Origin: an uncultured Clostridia bacterium
GTDB lineage: Bacteria > Bacillota > Clostridia > Oscillospirales > Acutalibacteraceae
Length of the DNA stretch: 64,000 bases
NCBI GenBank assembly: GCA_947627135.1
Contig: CANQUV010000014.1
Location: 10,533 to 74,532, forward strand
Direction: 5' to 3'
The notes beneath the pieces were generated by a model that did no database searches, was not told the DNA's origin, and saw only the letters and a program-made list of their open reading frames with translations. The position numbers and the translations under genes were made by a program. Positions 35,964-45,348 of this stretch are shown in pieces. The stretch's first letter is position 1. Each line of letters starts with the position of its first letter.

Positions 35964-38780
35964 TTAAGACCTTTTAATTAATGGTGCTATAACTGCGGCA
36001 GCTGCCCAAAATACGGAATAAATCAATATTTCCATTGTTCCGATCACTTGTACTCCTGCATACAAGCACAAAAGACTGCACATAAGTACACCTAAAATTA
36101 TTGATATAAGCTGAATCATTACAGATAAGGAAATATTGCTGTTAAGTCTTACACAACCGGAAACTCCTCTGATAAATGAAGTAAACTTTCCTCTTGTTGC
36201 TAGATATGCACGGGATGATTCTTCAACTTGTTCCTGAATTTCCTTACCCTCGTTGCCCAGTCCTGTGGGAAGCACCTTGACGGAACGGTAAAAAATTCTG
36301 AAATCTTCTGCAATTTTATCTGATGTAATATTGTTATCGGTAGTTCTTACTAAAATGCTTACTCCGTTTTCTTCTGCACGCCTCAATTCTTCTGCAATTT
36401 CAGGGTCTGCGCTGTATTTCAATACAAACATAGCCGCAAGCTGACCCGCTTTAGATAAATAAGTAATTTCCTTACCCTCTAAACGGTATTTTTCTTCATA
36501 ATCGTCGGAAGGGGTTTCAATATTATATTTTTCCATAAGCTCTTTTGAACCTATTAGTATGCGTTCGCTGTTTACCCAGCCTAAAAGTCCCATCGAATCC
36601 TCATATAAAAAGCTTTCCACCTGCGGAAGTCCTTGACCTTTATCAATAGCTCTGTCAAAAATTGTCGACATAGGACTCTCTGCCTCTCTTAAAATTGCCG
36701 CACAAGCTATCAGAGCCTCATCTGCACCGTGCTCAATAAAGGTTTTTATTCCGTCAAGCATAACCCTCCCCTCGGGATACAGTTCTTTTGCATCTACTAT
36801 AACTCCGGTACTGTCGCAAAATTGTTTAACTGAAGGATAACTTGAAACCATAGCATCCTTTGACAAAAGATTTTTGCATAACATTTTAAGGGGAATATTT
36901 ACAGCAAGTAATGTTGCAACCGGAATACTGATTGCCGTCATTACCGCAAAAACGTTAATTACGCCGTCAAAAGACTGATGAAAAAAGCCATAGACAATTG
37001 CAACAAGAAGAGAAATAATAATTGTAAAAGGTGCAAATTTGCCTGCAAGCTCTTCACTAGGGTCAGGTGCATAAGAAATTTTAAGAAAATTGGATAAAAA
37101 TTCTGTTTTATGCTGATAAGCAACAATCGGCCTTTCAAAAACCGTTCCGCTCATCATTTTTGATGCGACATCTTCGTTAGTATAAATTTTTGCAGCATAT
37201 TTAGGTGCATTAGAGCTTACAAACTTAAAGTTATCCTTAACTCTTAAAACCATATAGAGTTTGCCCAGCGTATTTGCAAAGAATCCTAAAATAACAATTA
37301 CACTAAAGTATTGTACCGTAAAAGTATTTGCCCCAATTAAAAAGAAAAAGCTGATTACAGCCTGAAGGCAAGCCGCAATTGCTGCTGCTGACAACGCAGT
37401 ATCCGAATTTCCCTTAAATTTTACAAGAGGCGTTAATCCACTGATTATGGTAACACGGTTAATAACCACCGAAATTCCTAAAAGCAGTAGATTTATAACT
37501 GCATAAACAATTGGTGCATTTGCAATACCTGCGCAAAGCTGCCGGGGAATTATTCTTACTAAAAAAGAAATTACAATTGCTATAAATGAAATTATTCCCA
37601 TTCCCAGACTTCTTAAAAACAGTCTTTTTATATTAAGTTTAATTTCATCCAATATACTTTTTGCGTCTTCTTTTGAGGTATAATCCTCAACGGTTTCAAT
37701 CTTTTCCGGTGGAACATCCTGCGCAATTTGCTGTTCTTCACTGGAAAAAAAGCCTACAACCGCTTGGAGTACCTTTTCTGCAAAGGGTTTGCTGTCTTTT
37801 TTATTTATCTGCGGTTCTTCCGAAGCTGTACTGCCTTCCTTTTTTATAACATGAGAAATTGACGGATCGTTGGCATTTAAATACATTTCATATTCTTCTC
37901 TGACAACTGTTGAAAATTTGCCTGCTCTGATATGTACTTTATCAACATCTTCTTCTCTTTGATACACAGGAACCTTTGAAATGATCACCTGAGTTTTCGG
38001 CTTCTTAATTCCGAACAGTTTTTCGTAATTTCCTTTTATTTCTTCTTTTAATTGCTCCGGATTAATTGTTTTATCCTTTTTGCTTTTATTTTCTTTCTTA
38101 ACTTCCTCTTTATTTTCCCGTTCACTAGAAAAATTTTCTATGGCTTCTTCTTTTTGCTTTTTATCAAGGTCTAAATCTATATCTATTGTGTCAAAATCAG
38201 TTACCGTTACATTTCTTATGTGCAAATCTTCAACATCATCTAATACATCTTCTGAAAATGTAGTGTTTTCTGTGTATTCCGGCTTAAGGGTAACAACTGA
38301 CTTTTCTTTTTGTTCTTCCTGTTCCTTTTCTGTATCTTCAGATGCTTTTATTTCATCAGATTTTTCTCCGTCTATTTCTGCATTTTTCTGTTTCTCTTTT
38401 TCTGATGAGGCGGCTATCTGCGGAATTATTCCTTCAGGATTATTGATCAATATTTCAGTCTGCATTGTTACGGCAGATTCTTCATCAACGAGTGAATTTT
38501 CTTCTTGAATGATTTCCTGACTTTTTTCTTCACTGTCCAATTCAAGAGGATTTGTATTTTTATATCTTATTTTTTTAGAGGCATTACTGAATATTTCATC
38601 CATCTTCGGCTTTGCACGATATTTTTTTGCAGTTTCTTCCATTCTATCCTTTTCTGTTAAAAAATGAGTTTCTTCAAGAATGTTATCTATTACTAAATCT
38701 TTATTTTTAAACTTAATGGTATCCTGTTTTACTTCCGAATGATTTTGCGAAATATCCATTTTTTTATCTTTATTTTTCAA
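35964..38780 (-). CDS. membrane protein homologous to P1B-type (heavy-metal) P-type ATPases but with degenerate catalytic motifs, plus ~370-aa charged N-terminal extension
   Basis: The C-terminal ~560 aa align by eye with the CopA-like core. VIVDAKELY replaces VVFDKTGTLT. ESPMSTIF replaces SEHP. LPQVESF...ILIGSKELM matches LPEVEDF...VLVGNRRLM. VRTTDNNITSDKIAE replaces MLTGDN..TA.AIA. ATRGKFTS replaces VGDGIND. No CPC motif was seen. Confidence 0.6.
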   Translation of the reverse strand: MKNKDKKMDISQNHSEVKQDTIKFKNKDLVIDNILEETHFLTEKDRMEETAKKYRAKPKMDEIFSNASKKIRYKNTNPLELDSEEKSQEIIQEENSLVDEESAVTMQTEILINNPEGIIPQIAASSEKEKQKNAEIDGEKSDEIKASEDTEKEQEEQKEKSVVTLKPEYTENTTFSEDVLDDVEDLHIRNVTVTDFDTIDIDLDLDKKQKEEAIENFSSERENKEEVKKENKSKKDKTINPEQLKEEIKGNYEKLFGIKKPKTQVIISKVPVYQREEDVDKVHIRAGKFSTVVREEYEMYLNANDPSISHVIKKEGSTASEEPQINKKDSKPFAEKVLQAVVGFFSSEEQQIAQDVPPEKIETVEDYTSKEDAKSILDEIKLNIKRLFLRSLGMGIISFIAIVISFLVRIIPRQLCAGIANAPIVYAVINLLLLGISVVINRVTIISGLTPLVKFKGNSDTALSAAAIAACLQAVISFFFLIGANTFTVQYFSVIVILGFFANTLGKLYMVLRVKDNFKFVSSNAPKYAAKIYTNEDVASKMMSGTVFERPIVAYQHKTEFLSNFLKISYAPDPSEELAGKFAPFTIIISLLVAIVYGFFHQSFDGVINVFAVMTAISIPVATLLAVNIPLKMLCKNLLSKDAMVSSYPSVKQFCDSTGVIVDAKELYPEGRVMLDGIKTFIEHGADEALIACAAILREAESPMSTIFDRAIDKGQGLPQVESFLYEDSMGLLGWVNSERILIGSKELMEKYNIETPSDDYEEKYRLEGKEITYLSKAGQLAAMFVLKYSADPEIAEELRRAEENGVSILVRTTDNNITSDKIAEDFRIFYRSVKVLPTGLGNEGKEIQEQVEESSRAYLATRGKFTSFIRGVSGCVRLNSNISLSVMIQLISIILGVLMCSLLCLYAGVQVIGTMEILIYSVFWAAAAVIAPLIKRS

Positions 38781-38818
38781 ACGGCTCTCTCCTGCTATTA
38801 AAACTTTTACTTTTATTT

Positions 38819-39568
38819 TTATCTTTGCTGTGCAATTTGATACATTAATATTCCTGCTGCAACTGACGCATTTAGGGAATCTATATGTCCCTTTATCGGA
38901 AGGCTTACTATTGCGTCACAATGTTCCTTTACAAGTCTGCCTAAACCCTTGCCCTCATTTCCTATTACAATTGCAACAGAACCTTTAAAATCACATTTAG
39001 TATAATCTGTTCCGTTCATATCAGCTCCGAAAACCCAAAGACCTCTATCCCTAAGGTCGTCAATGCAATTCACCAAATTCCTTACCCTTGCAACCGGCAA
39101 ATATTCAACGGCTCCTGCCGATGCTTTTCCTACCGTATAATTTAATGTTGCACTTCTTCTTTCAGGAATAATTACTCCGTGTGCGCCTGCGCATTCGGCT
39201 GTCCTTATTATTGCTCCCAGGTTGTGGGGGTCTTCTATTTCATCAAGTACTATTACAAAAGGATCTTCTCCCCTGCTTTTCGCCAAAGAAAAAATATCGT
39301 CTACCGTTTGATATTCTTTTACAGACGCTGTTGCAATAATTCCCTGATGAACTGTTCCTCCGCTTAAAAAATCAAGCTTTTTGGAATCAACTTCTCTAAC
39401 GGGAATTTTTTTCTCTTTTGCTTTCGCAAGGATCCCCACGATCGTTCCTGTTTTAGCCCCTTTGGCTATAAGAATTTTATCAATGTTTCTTCCGCTTTTT
39501 ATCGCTTCTGATACAGGATTTCTTCCGGCTATTACATCGGATTTTGACTCTTTTAATTTTTTTTCCAT
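38819..39568 (-). CDS. rlmB: TrmH-family 23S rRNA (guanosine-2'-O)-methyltransferase (RlmB/YacO-like)
   Basis: N-terminal substrate-binding domain (AGRNPVSEAI). SpoU motifs DPHNLGAIIRTA, GNEGKGL and LNASVAAGI. Confidence 0.8.
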   Translation of the reverse strand: MEKKLKESKSDVIAGRNPVSEAIKSGRNIDKILIAKGAKTGTIVGILAKAKEKKIPVREVDSKKLDFLSGGTVHQGIIATASVKEYQTVDDIFSLAKSRGEDPFVIVLDEIEDPHNLGAIIRTAECAGAHGVIIPERRSATLNYTVGKASAGAVEYLPVARVRNLVNCIDDLRDRGLWVFGADMNGTDYTKCDFKGSVAIVIGNEGKGLGRLVKEHCDAIVSLPIKGHIDSLNASVAAGILMYQIAQQR

Positions 39569-39731
39569 ATTTTATCCTTATTAAAATACTATATTAAAAT
39601 ACTACATAATGACAATTATTTTAATTAACCAACAAGATAATACTAAATGTTGTTTACATATATATTTTAGTATAACATAATTGACTTCGTTTTAGAATAG
39701 AAAATTTATAAATATTTATATAGAAAAAAGG

Positions 39732-40316
39732 TTAATTTCCGTACAAACTGTCAAGAAAAATTGCACCTTTATCGAAATTTGGGGGAATAATTCCGTACAA
39801 GTTGTTTTGAAAATCAAAAAATATCGGAATTTTTAAAGGATACGGAGTAAAACAAATATAAGAAACAGAAAAAAGCAAAAGCATAAAAAGACTGGGAACA
39901 AAAAGATAACTTACATTGAGTTCTTTCAATAACAGCTGATACGATAATGAGTAAATTACTGCCGAAAGCAACATTATAAAAATCGTCTCTATAATTCCCT
40001 TTACTTCAACTCCTAAAAGCTGAAGCAGGGTTGCTGCAATACAATATAATGCTCCCATTGAGTAAACAAGAAATGTTTTTATTACAACAAAGGTTTTAAA
40101 CTTAGGAATTATTACACACAGCTCAATTACGCTCCATCCCAAAAATGCCAGCAAATAAAGTTTAATACTTTCCCATACACTGTTGTTGGCCGAACCGAAA
40201 AACAAGTTGAGCAAATGGTCGCTTTCAAGAGAATTGAAATGGTGCAGTATAAACCAAATCAAAAATGTCACTGCTGCTCCTGAGATCTCTAAATATTTTA
40301 AAGTTTTTTTATTCAT
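39732..40316 (-). CDS. polytopic membrane protein of unknown function
   Basis: 194 aa with 5-6 hydrophobic helices and no diagnostic motif. Confidence 0.45.
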   Translation of the reverse strand: MNKKTLKYLEISGAAVTFLIWFILHHFNSLESDHLLNLFFGSANNSVWESIKLYLLAFLGWSVIELCVIIPKFKTFVVIKTFLVYSMGALYCIAATLLQLLGVEVKGIIETIFIMLLSAVIYSLSYQLLLKELNVSYLFVPSLFMLLLFSVSYICFTPYPLKIPIFFDFQNNLYGIIPPNFDKGAIFLDSLYGN

Positions 40317-40448
40317 AAAAATGCCCCCGTCATAATTCTAGTTAAATATATGACAAGGGGTAAAATTAAATGATTTAGTTTTTAACGAAAAAAGTCCAAT
40401 AAATACAATGTGAAAATTTTATTTTAAACGCAAAGCAATATCAGCTGT

Positions 40449-40724
40449 TTATCGTACAGCTCCTAAGATCCCGATACAGCATAAAGTTAGTACCGCACCT
40501 GCCAACATAGGCATTATAAGAAATACAAGCCTTTTTATAAATTGTCTTTTATTTTTTATTACAGACGGAGGGTTTAAATCTTTTAACATTCTCTTTGCTT
40601 CTTTTTCAAGCAGTCGTTTTTCTTCTCCCGTAAACTCAGGTCTTACAATCAAAATGGCTCTTTCATAATAAATATTGTCAGTTTTTGTAACCTCTATTAC
40701 ATGTCTGTTTATTCCTTTTATCAT
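40449..40724 (-). CDS. small protein with C-terminal TM helix, unknown function
   Basis: 91 aa. Soluble N-terminal domain MIKGINRHVIEVTKT... and C-terminal segment LVFLIMPMLAGAVLTLCCIGIL. Confidence 0.45.
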   Translation of the reverse strand: MIKGINRHVIEVTKTDNIYYERAILIVRPEFTGEEKRLLEKEAKRMLKDLNPPSVIKNKRQFIKRLVFLIMPMLAGAVLTLCCIGILGAVR

Positions 40725-41423
40725 AAATTCTCTCCCAGAATAAAAATTTTCAAAAATATTATGGGTAAAAATCTGGAAAACTATACATTTATTTCTTTTA
40801 AAAATTTAAAAAGTTTTCTTTTTTTCGATAAAAAATATATTTAAAGAATTATACTTTAAGTATTATTCTGTTTTATTAACAAAAATGTTGATAACTATGT
40901 GGAAAGTGTTAATAACTTAATAAAAAATACTTGATTTTCACTTAATAAACTTTAATTTCTAACTTTTTTTAATTTTTTAGACTTTTCAACATCAAGTTTT
41001 TTTAATAAAAATTGTTGTAAAATTCATTACATTTAGTATAAATATGTGTGTCAACAAAAATTTTAGCATATAACAAAAATGTAACTTTTGTAATAAATTA
41101 TCATTTTCCCTGATAAAAAACTATATAATAAAAGATTTTAAATTTTCAATAAAATTATTAAAAAATTGATAAATCAACATTATTATGTTAAAGTCATTTA
41201 ATGCTGTTTAACACCTCAAAAAAATTTATATATTTTTATATATTACATAATAAAATTTGCTGTTAAGATAAAGCAATTCACCCAACTGTTGTGTTATGCT
41301 GTAAAAAAGTTACCGGAAAAATTTCCGTTTTTATATTGCTACTTTTTCATATAACTGAAATCGGCAGCCGAATATTTCAGCTGCCGATCTTTTCTTTTAA
41401 TATATAGTTAATATTATGTAATT

Positions 41424-42359
41424 TTAACCAAACAATGAACCTAATGATGAAATTCCGCTCATTGCGCTGTTCATTGTACTGCCTAATAAACTGGCAACTC
41501 CCAAAATGCCTGATGCCCATAAACATACAAACACAATAATAAACAGAGCAATTGTAATAAACAAAGCATTCAGTAATATAAATTTGCAATCGTTAGTAAT
41601 TTGTACGATAATAGTATTTTTTATTTCATTTAACAAAGCAACTATTAAATAAATGATTGTAAAAACAAGCAATATTATCATTAAATAAGCTGATATAAAT
41701 GAGCAAAGTCCTGCTAAAATAAATCCGATAGAGGCAGGGATTGAAAGGATTGCAAAGCTGACAAATGAATTTACAAAAGCATTTTTGGTATCAGGATTTT
41801 TGTTAAATATTTTTTCCTGTAATAATAAAATCACAGTAAAGCAACCGCCTATAAGAACCGTTATCACTACGGATACAAGCAAGGATTTAGGAAAATCCAA
41901 CACACTTGCTCCGGACCAACCTATTAGGGGCTTAAGCAAATTATCAAAAGATAAAGGAACAAAAATATTGAACAGCAAAACTGAAATAAACAAAATTACC
42001 GAATAAATAACTGATACTGCAATATCCTTTGTTTTTTTAGCAACATTTATTGTCTGTCTTAAGTTTTTCCAAAATGACATAAAAATAACCGGAGTATTTT
42101 TTAAGGCTTTAACCACATTACCGTCACCTGAAGAAGCAGAAGCCGCCTCTACCTTATACGGTGACTGATTTATAACAGGAGGCTGTTGAACAAACTGCTG
42201 ATTCTGATTGTTTTCAAAAGCGACCGTTTGATTTTCTTGTTGATTTTGTTGTACCGAAGCCTGTTTGGCAGCATTTTCTGCTTGTTCTTTTAATGCCTCC
42301 TCACAATTACATACTGCATTGTCATCTAATTGTTTACCACAATGTCTGCAAAATTTCAT
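41424..42359 (-). CDS. zinc-ribbon membrane protein
   Basis: N-terminal CRHCG...CNC ribbon, Q-rich linker, then 4-5 TM helices. Confidence 0.5.
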   Translation of the reverse strand: MKFCRHCGKQLDDNAVCNCEEALKEQAENAAKQASVQQNQQENQTVAFENNQNQQFVQQPPVINQSPYKVEAASASSGDGNVVKALKNTPVIFMSFWKNLRQTINVAKKTKDIAVSVIYSVILFISVLLFNIFVPLSFDNLLKPLIGWSGASVLDFPKSLLVSVVITVLIGGCFTVILLLQEKIFNKNPDTKNAFVNSFVSFAILSIPASIGFILAGLCSFISAYLMIILLVFTIIYLIVALLNEIKNTIIVQITNDCKFILLNALFITIALFIIVFVCLWASGILGVASLLGSTMNSAMSGISSLGSLFG

Positions 42360-42428
42360 AGTTTTTTCTCCTTTAATTAATTTTATATTATTCCAAATAA
42401 TTATTCCAAATAATTATATTTTATAAAA

Positions 42429-44228
42429 TCAGCCCGCAATTTTTGTATATGAATAATTATCAGAATTTAAATATGTAGCATATTTTATTGCGTCATTAAC
42501 ATTTTTATTTGATGAATCATATTCATCACGGCTATAAACAAATTTACCGTCTGATACATAGCAGTCTATAAAGTAATAAACCAAATAACTGTCTTCTTCT
42601 TTATCGCTCAGCCAACCTTTATATTTACCCTTAACGACTGCAGCAACAACATTAGTTTTGCTGTCTGTATTCTTTTTAGGTGTAACATAATATATTGAAA
42701 CAACCTCCGGATTTGTAAAATTATAAAAATCTTTATCCTTTAAAACTTCGTTAAAGGTAGTTTTTATAAGTTCTACATTACTTTTAGCTTCATCTAATGT
42801 TAACGGTGTATTAGCCTCTACAACAATATCTTTTTTAGTTTCAGTAAAGAATAAACCTTCTTCAGGAATATATTCTTCATCAAGATAAAGAGTTACCTTC
42901 TCTCCGCTTGATAATCCGGAACTGTAATAACTATCATCATTTTTTACGGAAATTCCTACTTTATCAACAATAACAGAATCTTTCTTTATCGTAATGTAAT
43001 AATCATCTGTATCATAGCTGTATGTATAATCTCCTTCTGTGTATTCAAAATCACTTAAAGAAAATTCCAGTTCTTTATCTTTAAAACCGGTCACTGTATA
43101 TAATTTATTGCTCTCTATATATCCCAGAGGATCGGAATCTGTTGCCTCTAATACCGAAATACCTTCGTCTTCTAAAATACTGTTTAATGCAAATTCATAT
43201 TGTCTGTCGCTTTTATCAAATGAAATTCCAAGTTTCTTTTCTGCTTCTTCAATTGTTCTCAAATCACTTTTACTTTCAGGCCATTTAACGCTTACTATAA
43301 TTACATCGCTGCTTTTCAAGTTGGTAAGTCTTGCATCATCATCGCTTGATGAAAATTCTGTTTGACTACTTGCTTTATCTCCGCCTGAATTAGAATCCGC
43401 ATCATCATTTGTTGCTTTTTCATCAGCGTCTTTAACTTCTGCTGAAATATCACAGTACGATATTATTGAATATATACTTGCCGATGAACTTGATGAACCG
43501 CCGATACTGTTTATAAGATCTCCTAAATCTTTAATGTCATCAATATCTTCAAGACTTTCAAGACCATCTTTTGCTTTTATATTGACATCATAGTCATCTG
43601 ATAATTTTTCTTCATCAATAGAAACTGTTAAACTTCCGTGACCTTCATAAAATTTACTGCTGTCAAAATTGAATTTTATGTATTCTTCATTTATTTTTAT
43701 TTTGTTAAACATAGGAATCACAATAATTAAAGTAACTACTATTGCAATTACTAATACTGCTGCTACTGCGCATAATATTATTGCCTTTTTATTAAGAGGC
43801 TTTTTTTGTTTTTGTGGTTTTGCTGCAGTTTGAGTTATGTCAACATTTTGCGGCTGTACCGCAATCTCGTTTGTTAAATTATAAGTTTGCTGTATTGACT
43901 CTTGATTTACTGAATTGTCAGCAATACTTTCAGGGGCTTGATTTTCTGCTTTAGTTTCATTTACTGAATTATCAGCAGTATTTTCAGGGACTTGGTTTTC
44001 TGCTTTAGTTTCATTTACTGAATTGTCAGCAGTATTTTCAGGGACTTGATTTTCTGCTTTAGTTTCATTTACTGAATTGTCAGCAGTTCTTTCAGGGACC
44101 TGATTTTCAGTTTGTTCTTGATTTGTTGCAGTTTCTTCCGATACAGGCAGCAATCTATTGCCGCACTTTTCACAAAACTTGTCTCCTTCATTAATTTTTG
44201 CTCCACACTTCGTGCAAAACATACCCAT
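42429..44228 (-). CDS. zinc-ribbon / single-pass membrane protein with 18-aa tandem repeats and large extracytoplasmic domain
   Basis: N-terminal CTKCG...CEKCG ribbon. Repeats ENQVPENTADNSVNETKA x ~4. TM segment AIILCAVAAVLVIAIVVTLIIVI. Confidence 0.5.
   Translation of the reverse strand: MGMFCTKCGAKINEGDKFCEKCGNRLLPVSEETATNQEQTENQVPERTADNSVNETKAENQVPENTADNSVNETKAENQVPENTADNSVNETKAENQAPESIADNSVNQESIQQTYNLTNEIAVQPQNVDITQTAAKPQKQKKPLNKKAIILCAVAAVLVIAIVVTLIIVIPMFNKIKINEEYIKFNFDSSKFYEGHGSLTVSIDEEKLSDDYDVNIKAKDGLESLEDIDDIKDLGDLINSIGGSSSSSASIYSIISYCDISAEVKDADEKATNDDADSNSGGDKASSQTEFSSSDDDARLTNLKSSDVIIVSVKWPESKSDLRTIEEAEKKLGISFDKSDRQYEFALNSILEDEGISVLEATDSDPLGYIESNKLYTVTGFKDKELEFSLSDFEYTEGDYTYSYDTDDYYITIKKDSVIVDKVGISVKNDDSYYSSGLSSGEKVTLYLDEEYIPEEGLFFTETKKDIVVEANTPLTLDEAKSNVELIKTTFNEVLKDKDFYNFTNPEVVSIYYVTPKKNTDSKTNVVAAVVKGKYKGWLSDKEEDSYLVYYFIDCYVSDGKFVYSRDEYDSSNKNVNDAIKYATYLNSDNYSYTKIAG
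43903..44110. repeat. 54-bp in-frame tandem repeat (~3.8 copies) inside the CDS
   Basis: The TTTAC landmark recurs at 43906, 43960, 44014 and 44068, an exact 54-bp period. Confidence 0.9.
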
Positions 44229-44270
44229 CTCTCCTTTAAAATTATATTTTAATTATAAACATATTTTTGT

Positions 44271-44810
44271 TTATAAAAAAGATGCAACCAGATGCTCAAA
44301 AATAGAAACTGATGCCCAACCGCATATTAATCCTAAACATGCCCCTGCCACTACATCAGACAAATAATGTACCCTTAAATAAAGTCTTGAAAATCCTATA
44401 AGCAAAGCTAAACACAATACACAAAGTATTACAGGCATACTACATCTAAGCATTGTCACTCCAACAACTGAAAAGGATGCCGTTGTATGTCCGGATGGGA
44501 ATGAATAATACTTTGGCTTATTGATTATCTGTTCTTCTTCTTTTAAATCGTGACAAGGTCTTGTTCTTCTTACAATATGTTTAATAATAATCTCGCCCAT
44601 TAAATGTGCAATAGCAAGTCCAAAAATAATATTTGCACCTGTTGCCCGCCATGGAGCATTTATTAAAAAGGGCAAACATATAGCAAACCATACAAGTCCC
44701 ATATTGCCGGCAGTTGAAACAGCAATCATTATTTTATTTTTTATCGGTGAATGCAGTTTAGCAATTCGCTCAATAACTACATCATCGATATTCTGAATGC
44801 GTTTAAACAT
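44271..44810 (-). CDS. PAP2-family lipid phosphatase (undecaprenyl-diphosphate / phosphatidate phosphatase-like)
   Basis: Tripartite motif KHIVRRTRP ... PSGH ... SRLYLRVHYLSD. The start is uncertain: ATG at 44810 versus TTG at 44831. Confidence 0.8.
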   Translation of the reverse strand: MFKRIQNIDDVVIERIAKLHSPIKNKIMIAVSTAGNMGLVWFAICLPFLINAPWRATGANIIFGLAIAHLMGEIIIKHIVRRTRPCHDLKEEEQIINKPKYYSFPSGHTTASFSVVGVTMLRCSMPVILCVLCLALLIGFSRLYLRVHYLSDVVAGACLGLICGWASVSIFEHLVASFL

Positions 44811-45043
44811 AAAAATACCCCAATATATCAATTAAAATAATTATATCACAATAATCACAATTTGAAAAGTATAACTATATATAATTTTGGAAATCATTAA
44901 ATGTTATAAAAAAGAAACTCATTTACTATAAAAAAAATTATTATATTATATAAAATATAAAAAGAAACATTAATATATAAAAACCGATGAATTGTTAAAT
45001 TAATTACAAATCATCGGTTTTGCTTTTTTGTTCACAATTAAAA

Positions 45044-45110
45044 CAGCAGCCAATGGGTTGCCATTCTCGAACAGACAGCTCCATATATAAACAATTTTTG
45101 TACCCGACTG
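45044..45110 (-). repeat. intergenic hairpin-forming repeat, copy 3 (inverted relative to copies 1 and 2)
   Basis: The reverse complement reads CAGTCGGGTACAAAAATTGTTTATATATGGAGCTGTCTGTTCGAGAATGGCAACCCATTGGCTGCTG. This aligns with the 16.8-kb copies over its whole length. Confidence 0.7.
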
Positions 45111-45245
45111 TTCTCGGGCAGTTTTTTATAAAGTAAAAAATGTCCCCTTCATAACAAATAACCTGAAAATACTGGGAAAACTATATTAAAAACAAATATT
45201 ATCGTCAAGAATATTAAAAATTTTTGCGTCTCTTTTTCAAATGGA

Positions 45246-45310
45246 AACCGGCAGACTGCACCACGTATCCTATCAAACAGCACTATATAAAATCCATTTT
45301 TTATGCCCGA
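45246..45310 (-). repeat. intergenic hairpin-forming repeat, copy 4 (more diverged)
   Basis: The reverse complement reads TCGGGCATAAAAAATGGATTTTATATAGTGCTGTTTGATAGGATACGTGGTGCAGTCTGCCGGTT. It shares the CGGGCA..AAAA...TATATRGYGCTGTYTG...CCGG framework. Confidence 0.6.
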
Positions 45311-45348
45311 TTTTTTACCGATAATTTTCTAAAAAGTAAAATATAAAA

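Noticed and set aside
41377-41589. 70-aa minus-strand ORF overlapping the end of the 41424-42359 gene
   Set aside because: It is an alternative frame of the same strand at the 3' end of a longer, better supported ORF. There is no RBS.
43903-44110. Regularly spaced 54-bp repeats as a possible CRISPR array
   Set aside because: The units are contiguous with no spacers. They are in frame within a long ORF and encode an 18-aa protein repeat. No cas genes are present.
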